Shown: piece after piece, positions 51,903 through 61,331 of the stretch
Layout: every line of letters starts with the position of its first letter
Numbering within the stretch: the stretch's first letter is position 1
Source: a virus
Lineage: Duplodnaviria; Caudoviricetes
DNA length: 64,000 bases
Strand: one strand, 5' to 3'
Virus record (IMG/VR): IMGVR_UViG_3300049012_000071
Span: 1-64,000 of that record
The notes under the pieces: model-generated
Seen by the model: the letters and a program-made list of their open reading frames with translations, nothing else
Databases searched by the model: none
What the model was told of the DNA's origin: nothing
Made by a program: the position numbers and the translations under genes

Positions 51903-52613
51903 ATGGGAAGCGTTCGACGCGTCGATCCATGGAACCACAGGCAGCGTCCGGCTCTCCTTCGCCTCATCAGGCTGACCGAGAGCCCGGCCGAGGCGCTGCT
52001 CCTCCCCGCGCTGCTCGCCCACGGTGGCCCCGAAGCGCACGTGATCGGTCCGGCGGGGCACTGGACCCTGGAGGCGCAGGTCAGCGTCCAGACGCGCGGC
52101 CGCGCGTACCGGGTCGACTTCGCTGCAACCTGGGGCGATCGCAAAGTCGCCATCGAGGTCGACGGATGGGCGCACCATCACGCGACTGAGGACCAGGAGT
52201 GCTACGACGCGACCCGCGACTGGGCCATGGGCAACGTCGGCTGGGTCGTGATCCGCCTCGATGCCTACAGGGTCTTCAAAGACCCAATGGGTTGCGCCGC
52301 TGAGGTGGCCGAGCAGCTGCACCAGGTCGATATCCAGGCGCGGACGGTGGCGAAGACGCCGGTCGAGCATCAGACGGAGGAGGAGTTCGCGGCCCTCGTC
52401 CTCGAGTGGGAGGGCTACATCGCCGAGTGCGAGAAGAACGGCTACCCGGAGGGCGCCGCCGAGAACCGTCGGAAGCTCGACCGCATGAAGATGGCGCGGT
52501 CGAAGGCGAAGGCGGTGCGAGACATGGTCAAGGCGGCCGGGTCCAGCGAAGGTGAAAACGAAATCCTGCGAAAGCTCTTCTCCGAGCGCGCGCGTCAAAA
52601 GGGGCTGGAGTGA
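51903..52613 (+). CDS. DUF559/Vsr-like endonuclease
   Basis: ESPAE, Q..YRVDFA, VAIEVDG..HH, D..RD, GW.VIR. Confidence 0.85.
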   Translation: MGSVRRVDPWNHRQRPALLRLIRLTESPAEALLLPALLAHGGPEAHVIGPAGHWTLEAQVSVQTRGRAYRVDFAATWGDRKVAIEVDGWAHHHATEDQECYDATRDWAMGNVGWVVIRLDAYRVFKDPMGCAAEVAEQLHQVDIQARTVAKTPVEHQTEEEFAALVLEWEGYIAECEKNGYPEGAAENRRKLDRMKMARSKAKAVRDMVKAAGSSEGENEILRKLFSERARQKGLE

Positions 52614-54244
52614 TGGCGGCACCCGACCTGTTTTCGAAGGTCTCGCGGCGGATGTGGCGCGACGAGAAGTTCGTCGCCCTCAGTGCTCCGCCGCCGAACG
52701 CGCGCGACCTATGGGTCTACCTGCTGACCGGTCCGCACAACGGGACGATCCCCGGCCTCTTCGTGCTGGGCGAGCTCGCGCTTGCCGAGGACATGGAGTG
52801 GGACCCCGAGCCGACCCGATCCTGTCTCCATGAGATCCTCGCGAAGGGGATGGCCCGCTTCGACCGGAAGCGGCGCCTCTTCTGGCTGCCGAACGCCATC
52901 GCCCACAACCTGCCGCGGAGCCCGAAGCAGGTGATCGGGTGGTCCAAGGCATGGAAGCTGCTACCCGAGTGCTCGCTCCTGGCCGAGGCTGCGGCGGGCA
53001 TCCGGGGGCATCTTGCCGCGAAGAGCCCCAAGCTGGCCGAGGCATTCGACCAGGTGGTCATGGGCCTGGTCGAGCCAGTCGACTCGTCCGGTGAGCTCGA
53101 CCTTGGCGACGAGGTGGATCCTCCGCCCCCCACAGCCAGGTCCGCTACCTCAGAAACCCGCGGGATTTCTCTATCGGATAGAGAACGCGATTCCTATCCG
53201 ATAGAGAACGCGGTTCCTATCCGATTCCAAGAGCAAGAGAAAGAGCAAGAGAAAGATCCCCCCTTCGGGGGAGTACGCGCGTGCGCGCGGGAGGCACCCT
53301 CTGGGGTGGGCGAGGACCGTTCTGGGTTCGGCGACTCGCCGGCGGGCCAGGAGCGGCGCGACGTCCAGCGTGACGAGCCGGAGGCCGAGGGGTCCCGCAT
53401 CGGCGCGTCCACGGGGCAGCGGCGTGGGGGGGATTGGCAGCGACGCTCTGGGGCCGCAGCACGCTCGACGGTCGAGTCCGACGAGGAGCGGGCGATCCTC
53501 CAGATGCTCAGGTCCATCCCGAGCCTCCGGTCGGTGGCCAACGGCGGCCTGGCATGCCGGATCGCTGACCACGTAGCCGGGGGCCCGCACACCGGGAAGC
53601 TTCCGCTGGAGGACGCCATGCTGGCCGTGCAGCGCGCTGGCGAGCGGGAGGCCGACGAGGCGGCCGGCAGGGGCATCGGGCGGGAACAGGGGCAGCTCTC
53701 TGGGTTCGTGATGTCCTTCGTGAAGTCGCAGCAGATCGGCGAGGCGCGGGCGGTGGCCGCGCGCGAAGCGGCTCTCGACCCTGGCCTGGTCACCCGCTTT
53801 CGGGAGTACTTCGACAAGGAGTGGTCGAAGGCCAAGCGCGGGCGCACGAGAGCTCACGCTGCCGGCGACGCGGATCACGCCGAGCGCCTGGCGCTGCTCG
53901 CGCAAGATGGGGCCACGCGCGCCGGCGGAGGCATATCGGCGGAGGCTGTCTTGGCGCACTGGACCCACGAGCACCTCAGGTGCATGGAGAAGTTCATCGC
54001 CGACGCGGACCACCCGCTGCGCCTGATGGCGAGCCGCGTGGACAGCTACGGCTTGCCTCGGCCGAAGGCCGCCCGCGCGGTCGAGCAGACCACGAGCGCC
54101 AGGCCGCCGGCCAGCAGCCCCGAGGACGCGGCTGCCGCGCTGCACCGGATGAAGGCTGGCGCCGCAGCTGCGCGCGCTGCCTTGACCCAGCAGGTCGGGT
54201 CCGTCGACGCCTACGCGCCTCGCCGCGCGATGGGGGCCCAATGA
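52610..54244 (+). CDS. Phage replication initiator (lambda O analogue)
   Basis: MWRDEKF..L..LWVYLLTGPH..IPGLF; internal iterons and EQEKEQEK linker; upstream of dnaB. Confidence 0.75.
   Translation: MMAAPDLFSKVSRRMWRDEKFVALSAPPPNARDLWVYLLTGPHNGTIPGLFVLGELALAEDMEWDPEPTRSCLHEILAKGMARFDRKRRLFWLPNAIAHNLPRSPKQVIGWSKAWKLLPECSLLAEAAAGIRGHLAAKSPKLAEAFDQVVMGLVEPVDSSGELDLGDEVDPPPPTARSATSETRGISLSDRERDSYPIENAVPIRFQEQEKEQEKDPPFGGVRACAREAPSGVGEDRSGFGDSPAGQERRDVQRDEPEAEGSRIGASTGQRRGGDWQRRSGAAARSTVESDEERAILQMLRSIPSLRSVANGGLACRIADHVAGGPHTGKLPLEDAMLAVQRAGEREADEAAGRGIGREQGQLSGFVMSFVKSQQIGEARAVAAREAALDPGLVTRFREYFDKEWSKAKRGRTRAHAAGDADHAERLALLAQDGATRAGGGISAEAVLAHWTHEHLRCMEKFIADADHPLRLMASRVDSYGLPRPKAARAVEQTTSARPPASSPEDAAAALHRMKAGAAAARAALTQQVGSVDAYAPRRAMGAQ
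53167..53256. repeat. Candidate origin: 23-bp iterons, inverted half-site and A/G-rich tract
   Basis: GATAGAGAACGCGRTTCCTATCC at 53177 and 53200; inverted TTCTCTATC at 53167; GAGCAAGAGAAA repeats. Confidence 0.7.
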
Positions 54245-55758
54245 GGGGCAGCCGTCTCGCTCGGAACATCCGCGATCGCGGCGAGGCCGGAGCTCGCCCT
54301 CAGCGCGTCGCGGGGAAGGTTGCTCAGATCGACCTGCACCTCGAGGGAGGCGTCCTCGGCACGTGCCTAACGGTCGAGCAGCGGCGGACCGAGGCGCTTG
54401 AGTACGTGCGCCCGGAGTACTTCTGGAGCGGGCCGAACGAGTGGCTTTTCCGGGCGATCGTTGACCTGAGCCTGACTGGCTCGGTCGTTGACGCGATCTC
54501 GCTCGCTGCTTGGCTCAAGGACCGCGGGCGATTCGAGGTGGTCGGCGGCTTCGAGTACATGAAGGAACTCAGCAATACATTCGCCGAGGTCCACGACATG
54601 CGCTCTGCCGGAAAGCGGCTCTGCGATCTGTGGCGCATGCGGCGTGTCATCGAGGTGTGTACGCGCGCGAACGCGGAAGCGTACGCCGACGAGGTGGACG
54701 ACAGGAGCGCGTGGATCGAGCGCGTGGAGGCGTCCATCTACGAGGTGGCGCACCCGGTCGAGCGATCTGAAGTCAAGCACATCAACGACGTTCTCAAGGT
54801 GTCGTTCGATCGGATGGTCGCCGCAGCCGAATCGGGGCAGAGGATGCGCGGTATCCCCACGAGGTACGATCTACTGGACGCGATGCTCGCGGGGCTGCAC
54901 GACGGCGCCCTCACGCTCGTGGCCGGTAGGCCAGGTCAAGGGAAGACGTCGTTTGCTTTGAACCTAGCCGTGAATGTCGCGTCGCCACGCAAGGCGGCAG
55001 TGGCCGATGGTGCTACCGGCGAGCTGCGCGACGTCGACGCCCCGGGGTTCGGCGTTGCGGTGTTCTCGCTGGAGATGATGAAGGAAGAGCTCGGCGAGAA
55101 GATGGCTTGCTGCGAGGGGCGCGTCGACATGGAGCGCCTCCGCACCGGTATGGCGCAGCCGGACGATTGGCGACGCTTGACCGATGCGTCCCAGTATTTG
55201 TCGACGCTGCCGATTTGGATCGACGAGCAGACGTCGACCACGCTCCTCGAGATTCGGTCGAAGCTGCGGCGGATTCAGGCGCAGTGGAACCGGCCGGCAA
55301 CGGACGGGCAGCCAGAGCGCCGGATCGGACTCGTGGTGATCGACTACATCCAGCTTATGAAGGGGTCCGGTGAGACGGATAGCCGCGAGCAGGAGGTGGC
55401 CGAGATATCGCGCGGGCTCAAGCAGCTGGCCAAGGACTTCAAGGTGCCGGTGGTGGCGCTGTCGCAGCTAAACAGAAGGGTCGAACAGCGGAGCGACAAG
55501 AATAAGCGGCCGCAGCTCTCCGACCTCCGCGAGTCGGGATCGCTGGAGCAGGACGCGGACAACGTGCTTTTCGTTCATCGCGAGGAGTACTATCTCGGCG
55601 CCGACACGCCCGCGGATCTCAAGGGCATCGCTGAGATCATCGTCGCGAAGCAAAGAAATGGGCCGACTGGCAAGGTACTGATGCGTTTCGCGAAGGCGTA
55701 CACGCGCTTCGATACGCTTCAGCGCCATGAGTACCCCGACGGGCTTTGCGATGAATAA
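54241..55758 (+). CDS. dnaB: Replicative DNA helicase DnaB
   Basis: AGRPGQGKT, FSLEM, IDYIQLM, LSQLNR, DLRESGSLEQDAD, KQRNGPTG. Confidence 0.96.
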   Translation: MRGSRLARNIRDRGEAGARPQRVAGKVAQIDLHLEGGVLGTCLTVEQRRTEALEYVRPEYFWSGPNEWLFRAIVDLSLTGSVVDAISLAAWLKDRGRFEVVGGFEYMKELSNTFAEVHDMRSAGKRLCDLWRMRRVIEVCTRANAEAYADEVDDRSAWIERVEASIYEVAHPVERSEVKHINDVLKVSFDRMVAAAESGQRMRGIPTRYDLLDAMLAGLHDGALTLVAGRPGQGKTSFALNLAVNVASPRKAAVADGATGELRDVDAPGFGVAVFSLEMMKEELGEKMACCEGRVDMERLRTGMAQPDDWRRLTDASQYLSTLPIWIDEQTSTTLLEIRSKLRRIQAQWNRPATDGQPERRIGLVVIDYIQLMKGSGETDSREQEVAEISRGLKQLAKDFKVPVVALSQLNRRVEQRSDKNKRPQLSDLRESGSLEQDADNVLFVHREEYYLGADTPADLKGIAEIIVAKQRNGPTGKVLMRFAKAYTRFDTLQRHEYPDGLCDE

Positions 55759-55842
55759 CCACTCCCGCCTTGCCCTCCCAACCCCATCTGCTAAACCCCA
55801 CTTGCGCAGCCTGGAGACAGTGAGCGCGGAGGAGAATTGACG

Positions 55843-56172
55843 ATGTGTGTTGTCTCGATGGTTCATGACCACTTCGAGCCGAAGATTCCGTCGGATTGGA
55901 ACCCGCACGGCATCCAGATCGGTCCGGCTGTCACGCCGCCGTTCGTGATTCCAGTGCCAGTCGATGCAGCGACCGTCGAGGCGCTGCGTGCGGAGATCGC
56001 GAACCTGACGAAGGTGGTTGCCGACTTCAAGACCGCCGTGGAGGCCGCCCGCAAGGTCGACTCGCTCACCGCACAGCCAGACTGCGCGGACCCCGAGAAG
56101 GCGAAGCTGGAGGCTCGGGTCGCGGAGCTTGAGCGGCGCCTCGACGCCGTGTCGAGGGCGCTCGGAGCGTGA
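55843..56172 (+). CDS. Conserved phage hypothetical protein
   Basis: MCVVSMVHDH...QPDCADPEK. Confidence 0.7.
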   Translation: MCVVSMVHDHFEPKIPSDWNPHGIQIGPAVTPPFVIPVPVDAATVEALRAEIANLTKVVADFKTAVEAARKVDSLTAQPDCADPEKAKLEARVAELERRLDAVSRALGA

Positions 56173-57047
56173 TGCTGGTCCCTGTAACCGACCTTCTCGT
56201 CTCCTCGTCGCACCACGCGGCCAGCGACTCCCTCAAGGACGCCGACAACCTCGCCTTTCTCGCCGACCAGCCTGCCGACGTGCGCGCGGTGTGGATCGAG
56301 CGCTGCCGGCTGCTGCGGTGGGTCGACCAGCTGGCGGAGAGCGACCGGTGGGCGTTCGCCCAGTTCGTGCGGCAGTGGCTGAGGGTGACGACGCAAGGCG
56401 CCGCTGGCCCTGGAGGCCTGGAGGAGATGGCGTTCGCCGTGCGTGCGGCGTGGGGGCACGGCTACGCGGGACGCAGGGTGCTGGCATGGTCCACGTGGCT
56501 GCATGCCATCGCCGCCGACTACGGCAGTTCCCTGGCGCCTGTGACGCTCGAGCAGCACGACGCGATGGTGGAGCACGTCGGCGGCTTCTTCCGGCTCTTC
56601 CCGTACCTGACGGCGGATCGGTGGGAGGCGATCGGCGCGTTCGGCGCGCTCGACCAAGCCTGGAACAACGTGCGCGACATCGCCGAGGATGCCGCGGCGG
56701 GCAAGTGTTACTTCCCGGAGCAGGAGCTCTACCGATTCGGCATCGATCGCCAGGTTGTTCTGGATACGTCGTACAGCCGGGGTGTCGGGTGGCGCCGCTT
56801 CGCTGCGTGGTGGCTCTCCGAGTACCTCCCCACGCTCCGCGAGCGCGCCCGTCCGTTCCTCTCGGCCACGGACCTGCACCCGTCCGTCGAGGCGATGCGC
56901 GACGCAAGCCTGCGCCGGTACGCGCGGGTCGAGCGGGTGCTGCGGGGGCTGGACTTCGACTACCGCGCCTTCCCCGAGGCGTACGAGGGCGAGGTGAAGC
57001 GGGAGATCGGGGAGATGGCGATGGGCTCGAAGGAGATCACGACGTGA
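56169..57047 (+). CDS. Squalene/phytoene synthase family protein
   Basis: RWVDQLAE (first motif variant) and QAWNNVRDIAEDAAAGKCYFP..EL..FG. Confidence 0.8.
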   Translation: MMLVPVTDLLVSSSHHAASDSLKDADNLAFLADQPADVRAVWIERCRLLRWVDQLAESDRWAFAQFVRQWLRVTTQGAAGPGGLEEMAFAVRAAWGHGYAGRRVLAWSTWLHAIAADYGSSLAPVTLEQHDAMVEHVGGFFRLFPYLTADRWEAIGAFGALDQAWNNVRDIAEDAAAGKCYFPEQELYRFGIDRQVVLDTSYSRGVGWRRFAAWWLSEYLPTLRERARPFLSATDLHPSVEAMRDASLRRYARVERVLRGLDFDYRAFPEAYEGEVKREIGEMAMGSKEITT

Positions 57048-57397
57048 GAGCGAACGAATTTTGCTACTGGCTGCAAGGATACTTCGAGATCGGTGAGGCA
57101 GACGGCGGCGTGCGCGATGTGCTCACGGCTGCGGGTGTCCGCTGCGTCAAGGCGCATCTCGCCCTGGTAAAGAAGGTGGAGCCTGAACACGCGAACGTGT
57201 TTGTGGCGTGGCTGAGCGAGCGCCTGGAGCGCGCCGACGGCAACAAGGCGATTGACTCCGCGGACATCCGCCGCTTCCTTGCTGCGCAGTTTCAGCACGC
57301 GATCGACCCGTCCTACGGCGGAGATCAGAAGGAGCTGGGCAAGGTTCACGGGACCAGCGGCTCGGGCTGGCCCACGGACGGACTGATCCGGTGCTGA
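57044..57397 (+). CDS. Conserved phage hypothetical protein
   Basis: FCYWLQGYFE...KAHLALV...HAIDP; ends LIRC. Confidence 0.7.
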   Translation: MRANEFCYWLQGYFEIGEADGGVRDVLTAAGVRCVKAHLALVKKVEPEHANVFVAWLSERLERADGNKAIDSADIRRFLAAQFQHAIDPSYGGDQKELGKVHGTSGSGWPTDGLIRC

Positions 57398-57410
57398 AGG
57401 AGGCTCCCTG

Positions 57411-59141
57411 ATGTCGAAGACACAGACGGTGCCCGTGCGCTGCGAGCCGACGGCCTTCTGCGACATGCCGGATCAGGCCGCCCAGGTGGCGAGCGCCATC
57501 GCAGCGGCCACGGGCCGAGGCGTGGAGGGCGAGCGGGTGGTGGCGGCAACGCCGGCGTCGCCCATCCCCGGCCCCACGGCGCGTGATGCCGTCGCCGGCA
57601 TGCTACTGCGGCTCGGCTGGGACGACACCGCGGTCGATCTCGCAACCAGCAACATCTGCGTCGCGGACGCCGCTGGACGCATCAGGCGCGCATACGCCTG
57701 GCCGAGTCCGAGCCCGACACCGCCCGAGGACGCCGCCTGCATCGCCGCCCTCGAAGCCCTCGCCACGCGCGAGGCATGCACCGTCGGCCACGGCGTCAAC
57801 GACGCCTGCGCGGAGTGCGCGCCGGGGGAGCAGGTGGAGGGCGCCGCGCCGGATCGGGAAACGCTCGGGCGCGCGGTGCATGAGGTGTGGCGTCGCCACG
57901 GCGTGCTGCCTGTCGAGTGGGAGGAGATCGGCGCGCAGGCTCAGGACGTTTACCGCCTCATCGGCGAGCGCCTCTTCGCCATGGGCGTGGAGCATGGCCG
58001 GGCGCATCATGATGACGGCGGGATCCGGGAGGTCTGGGCTCTGAAAGCTCAGCTGAGCGGCGTCATGGTCGCGCTCGGGGGCCGAGACGGCGAGAGCGCG
58101 GTTGATGCGGCTGTGCGGGTGGCCGGCGAGGCGATGAGCCTGAAGGCCGAGCGCGAGGAGATCCAGCGGCAGTGGGAGGAGCAGGGCGCGCGGCTGCATG
58201 CGCTGGAACAGCAGCACGAGGCGCACCGCGACGCGATCTGGGAGGTCAAGGGCATCCTGGGCGCTCCGTCCGTCGAGAGCCTGAAGACGCACGCGGAGAA
58301 AGTGAAGGATGCGCTCTTCGGTGCGGTGGCCGAGGCGCGCGAGAGCAAGGACGCGCTGGAGCGCGCGGCCAAGGAGCGTGAGGCGCTGCGGAAGCGGGTG
58401 GCGGAACTGGAGGAGGAGAACTCGAAGCTGTATCGCGCGGCGCAGGATGCGAAACGAGAGGGGCGCCTCGAGGGTCAGATGGAGATCGACCGCCTCGGCA
58501 AGGCCCACGAGAGCGCCTGTGCCAGGGCACGAGACGCCCGCTCTGCCGGCGCCGCCGAGATACGGGAGCGGGCGGCGTCGCTGGTGCTGAACTGGGAGCC
58601 GTGGGAGGGGCTGCTGAAGCTCGCCGAGCGCATCAGGGAGCTGCCGATCGGCGATGCTGGCGCGGCCACGGTGGAGGCGAAGCGCCCGCCCCTTGCGGCA
58701 GGGCAGGCCTGGCGTGACGGGAAGGGGCGGCCGATCGCGATCCGACCCGGAGCAGTGGACGGCTTACTCCAGGCCGTCGGCCCGTTCGGGCAAATCGCTG
58801 TGTTCTGCGATGGCGCGGCGGCGCCGGAGGAGTGGAGCCTTGACGAGCCGGCGGCGACCAACCCCGGAGGCTCCGAGGTCGAGCCGCCGAAGCCGAGCCG
58901 CGTCGAGGTGGGCCAGGTGTGGCGCTGCGTTGGCATCCGCGGCGATCTGGAGGTTGTTGAGGTTCTCCCGACCCGCGCGCGGCTGACCGACGGCCGCGAA
59001 GGCGGATCGGAACCAGAGCAGGCCCCGTACGGGGCTCGCATGGACGCGATGCTCGATCTGCCGCAGTGGACCTTCGTCCGCTGGCCTGTTCGCTCGCCCG
59101 CCGACGTCCGCGCCGCGCAGGACGCTGGGGGTGGGCCGTGA
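57411..59141 (+). CDS. Large mosaic coiled-coil protein
   Basis: AAGGAGG RBS; central coiled coil; two GQxWR SH3-like segments. Confidence 0.7.
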   Translation: MSKTQTVPVRCEPTAFCDMPDQAAQVASAIAAATGRGVEGERVVAATPASPIPGPTARDAVAGMLLRLGWDDTAVDLATSNICVADAAGRIRRAYAWPSPSPTPPEDAACIAALEALATREACTVGHGVNDACAECAPGEQVEGAAPDRETLGRAVHEVWRRHGVLPVEWEEIGAQAQDVYRLIGERLFAMGVEHGRAHHDDGGIREVWALKAQLSGVMVALGGRDGESAVDAAVRVAGEAMSLKAEREEIQRQWEEQGARLHALEQQHEAHRDAIWEVKGILGAPSVESLKTHAEKVKDALFGAVAEARESKDALERAAKEREALRKRVAELEEENSKLYRAAQDAKREGRLEGQMEIDRLGKAHESACARARDARSAGAAEIRERAASLVLNWEPWEGLLKLAERIRELPIGDAGAATVEAKRPPLAAGQAWRDGKGRPIAIRPGAVDGLLQAVGPFGQIAVFCDGAAAPEEWSLDEPAATNPGGSEVEPPKPSRVEVGQVWRCVGIRGDLEVVEVLPTRARLTDGREGGSEPEQAPYGARMDAMLDLPQWTFVRWPVRSPADVRAAQDAGGGP

Positions 59142-59479
59142 GACACCTGCGATTCGTGGCCCTGTGGGGTGCGGCGTGCATCGGACAACTTCTGTCGATC
59201 CTGCTCGGCGCGCCGTGGTGGGCGTACCCGGTCATCATCGTAGTGGCCGCCATCGTCGAGCGACGGCTGCTCTCCTACGAGCGCCGACGCCACGAGATAT
59301 ACGAGATGGTAGAGAAGTGGATGACGGCCCATCCGGGCCGCTGCCCGGTCTGCCACTTCCACGCGGACGCGGTCTCGCGCTACGGGGCAGACCGCATCAG
59401 GCCGCTGCCACTCCACGACTGCCCGGAGCACGGGCCGACCGGGCACTGCTCGCGCTTCGGCGGGGAAGGAGCCCGATGA
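59138..59479 (+). CDS. Two-TM protein with Cys/His motif
   Basis: Two hydrophobic segments; CPVC. Confidence 0.55.
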   Translation: MRHLRFVALWGAACIGQLLSILLGAPWWAYPVIIVVAAIVERRLLSYERRRHEIYEMVEKWMTAHPGRCPVCHFHADAVSRYGADRIRPLPLHDCPEHGPTGHCSRFGGEGAR

Positions 59480-59673
59480 GAACCGCCGCGGCCCTGCTCG
59501 CGGTCATGGCGATGCCGCTCTCCGTGGTAGCCGGCGTGCAGCGCGCGGAGGCTCCCCAGGCGGCGAGCCTCGCTGCGACGATGGCGGGCGCGTACGGCGT
59601 CGGGGCGGTCGTGCTGTGGCTCGCGGCCGAGGCGATAAGGTGGAGAGGGCGGAGAGGCGGAGGGTGGAGATGA
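59476..59673 (+). CDS. Small two-TM protein
   Basis: Two hydrophobic segments; coupled. Confidence 0.5.
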   Translation: MRTAAALLAVMAMPLSVVAGVQRAEAPQAASLAATMAGAYGVGAVVLWLAAEAIRWRGRRGGGWR

Positions 59674-59760
59674 CCGCGCACCTCACGCCGCGCCGCTGCC
59701 GCCCGAGCCCGACGACGAGGGGAGCCGCTACGACGCCGAGGTGGCGGAGAGGATGGGGAG

Positions 59761-60297
59761 ATGACGTCGGAAGCGCGCGAGACCCAGCTCTCGGACGAGG
59801 AGATCGAGGAGGTGGTCTGCCCGCGGTGCTTCGCCAACACGGGCGAATCGTGCGAGACGCCGGCCGGCGAAGTCGCCGTGACGACCCACGCCGCGCGCAG
59901 GAGGAAGGCCGAGAGCATCCTCGAGGACCTCGCGACGCTGGGGCATCTGCCGGAGCTCGGGCCGGAGACGGAGCATGCTGCGGGGCCGCCGCCGGCGCTG
60001 GTGGAGGACCAGCCGGCCCAGGATGACGAGACGGACCCTGAGCCGGCGGTGGCGAGGGGGAGGCTACAGGCCCAGGGACCGCTCGATGAGCGCCGCGACG
60101 ATCATGGCCACCGCCATGGGGACGGCGACGCACATCCGACGGAAGCGGCTGCGGGAGGAGTACCAGGGATGCAGCTCGAGGAGCCCGCTGGTGAGGGTCA
60201 GGAGGAAGAGAGCGACGAGGTAGAAGGCAGGGGTCATTACCCCGATGTGTCCGGGGGCCATGTTGCGGTGATTCCGGAGGGAGGCGCGCGTGGCTGA
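59761..60297 (+). CDS. Zn-finger protein with acidic tail
   Basis: CPRCFANTGESC...HAAR. Confidence 0.5.
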   Translation: MTSEARETQLSDEEIEEVVCPRCFANTGESCETPAGEVAVTTHAARRRKAESILEDLATLGHLPELGPETEHAAGPPPALVEDQPAQDDETDPEPAVARGRLQAQGPLDERRDDHGHRHGDGDAHPTEAAAGGVPGMQLEEPAGEGQEEESDEVEGRGHYPDVSGGHVAVIPEGGARG

Positions 60298-60550
60298 CCC
60301 CAGGCTCTGGCTCGCTCTGGTAGCCATCTTCGTCGCCTATTTCTCCGGCCGGAAGGCCGCGGCCTCTCTGCGCGCCGCTGCCACGCCCCTCGTCTGGCGC
60401 AACCTCGCCACGAGCGTCGCCGTCGAGCAGGGCGAGATCCGGATCCGCGTCGAGCTCGACAACGAGGTGGCCGTCAACCTGCACATGGGCGCCGACACCT
60501 CGCGGCGCATCGCGGAGAAGGTGCAGCAGGAGGAGGTGGCTGGTGGATGA
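60290..60550 (+). CDS. Small membrane-anchored protein
   Basis: N-terminal TM segment; GGAGG RBS. Confidence 0.55.
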   Translation: MADPRLWLALVAIFVAYFSGRKAAASLRAAATPLVWRNLATSVAVEQGEIRIRVELDNEVAVNLHMGADTSRRIAEKVQQEEVAGG

Positions 60551-61331
60551 ACCGCAGGTCTTCTACTTCGGCGCGTGGGGTGCAGCGGGCCACTACCTGT
60601 GGACGCCGGACGGGCGGACCGCTTGGGACGCGCAGCGGATGCTTCCGTGGAGGGACCTCGACGGCGTGCTGGCCGGCGACCCCGCGCTCGAGGACACGTG
60701 CCGACGACGCTATTGGTCGAGCGACAACCAGCCAGAGGGCTGGGCGCGACTGCATCGCCTCAACGGCTGGACGGCGCTCGCGTTCTGGGATCGGTCCTGC
60801 GACACGAGAGGCGGGTCCAACTCGGCGCTCATCGCCCGCGGCGAGCACACGGCGGCCGAGATGGTGGAGCTGTTCCGGCGGGCGTTCCCGGCGGTGTGGG
60901 AGCGGATCACGCGGCGGTTCCAGCTGGTGTTGCCGATCGAGGAGGGCCGGTCGAGCAACGACTTCGAGCGCGGGCGTCAGGCGGCGATCACGTGGGGCGG
61001 GGACACGTCCGGTGTCCGGGCAACGGCGCAGCGGGTCCTGAGCGCTCTTCGGCACGAGGCGGCGACGCACTCTGCCCCCTCCGGCGTCCCCGCGGGGCTC
61101 CGGGAGCTCGCCGACGAGGTGGAGAAGATGGCCAGGGAGGCGAGGGAGCGGGCGGAATCGGGCGGCGCTAGCCAGGAGCCGTCGGGGCGCCACGGCGTCT
61201 GTGTCCGTCAAGCTGAGCGCGTTGACGCTGTCTCCGGCTGTGACGGGGGTAGTAGGGGGTTGACCGAGGATCCGTGTCAAGAGAAATCGCCAGAGCCTCC
61301 GGATGTCGAGGCTCCGGAGGGCAACCGATGA
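60543..61331 (+). CDS. Conserved phage hypothetical protein
   Basis: YFGAW..GHYLW...GWTALAFWDRS.D.RGGSNS. Confidence 0.7.
   Translation: MDEPQVFYFGAWGAAGHYLWTPDGRTAWDAQRMLPWRDLDGVLAGDPALEDTCRRRYWSSDNQPEGWARLHRLNGWTALAFWDRSCDTRGGSNSALIARGEHTAAEMVELFRRAFPAVWERITRRFQLVLPIEEGRSSNDFERGRQAAITWGGDTSGVRATAQRVLSALRHEAATHSAPSGVPAGLRELADEVEKMAREARERAESGGASQEPSGRHGVCVRQAERVDAVSGCDGGSRGLTEDPCQEKSPEPPDVEAPEGNR

Noticed and set aside
57044-57397. C-terminal Cys (LIRC) as a prenylation target of the neighbouring synthase
   Set aside because: Not a CaaX arrangement, and squalene-synthase-family enzymes are not protein prenyltransferases.
59138-59673. Holin/lysis cassette
   Set aside because: TM proteins are present but there is no adjacent endolysin or spanin motif.
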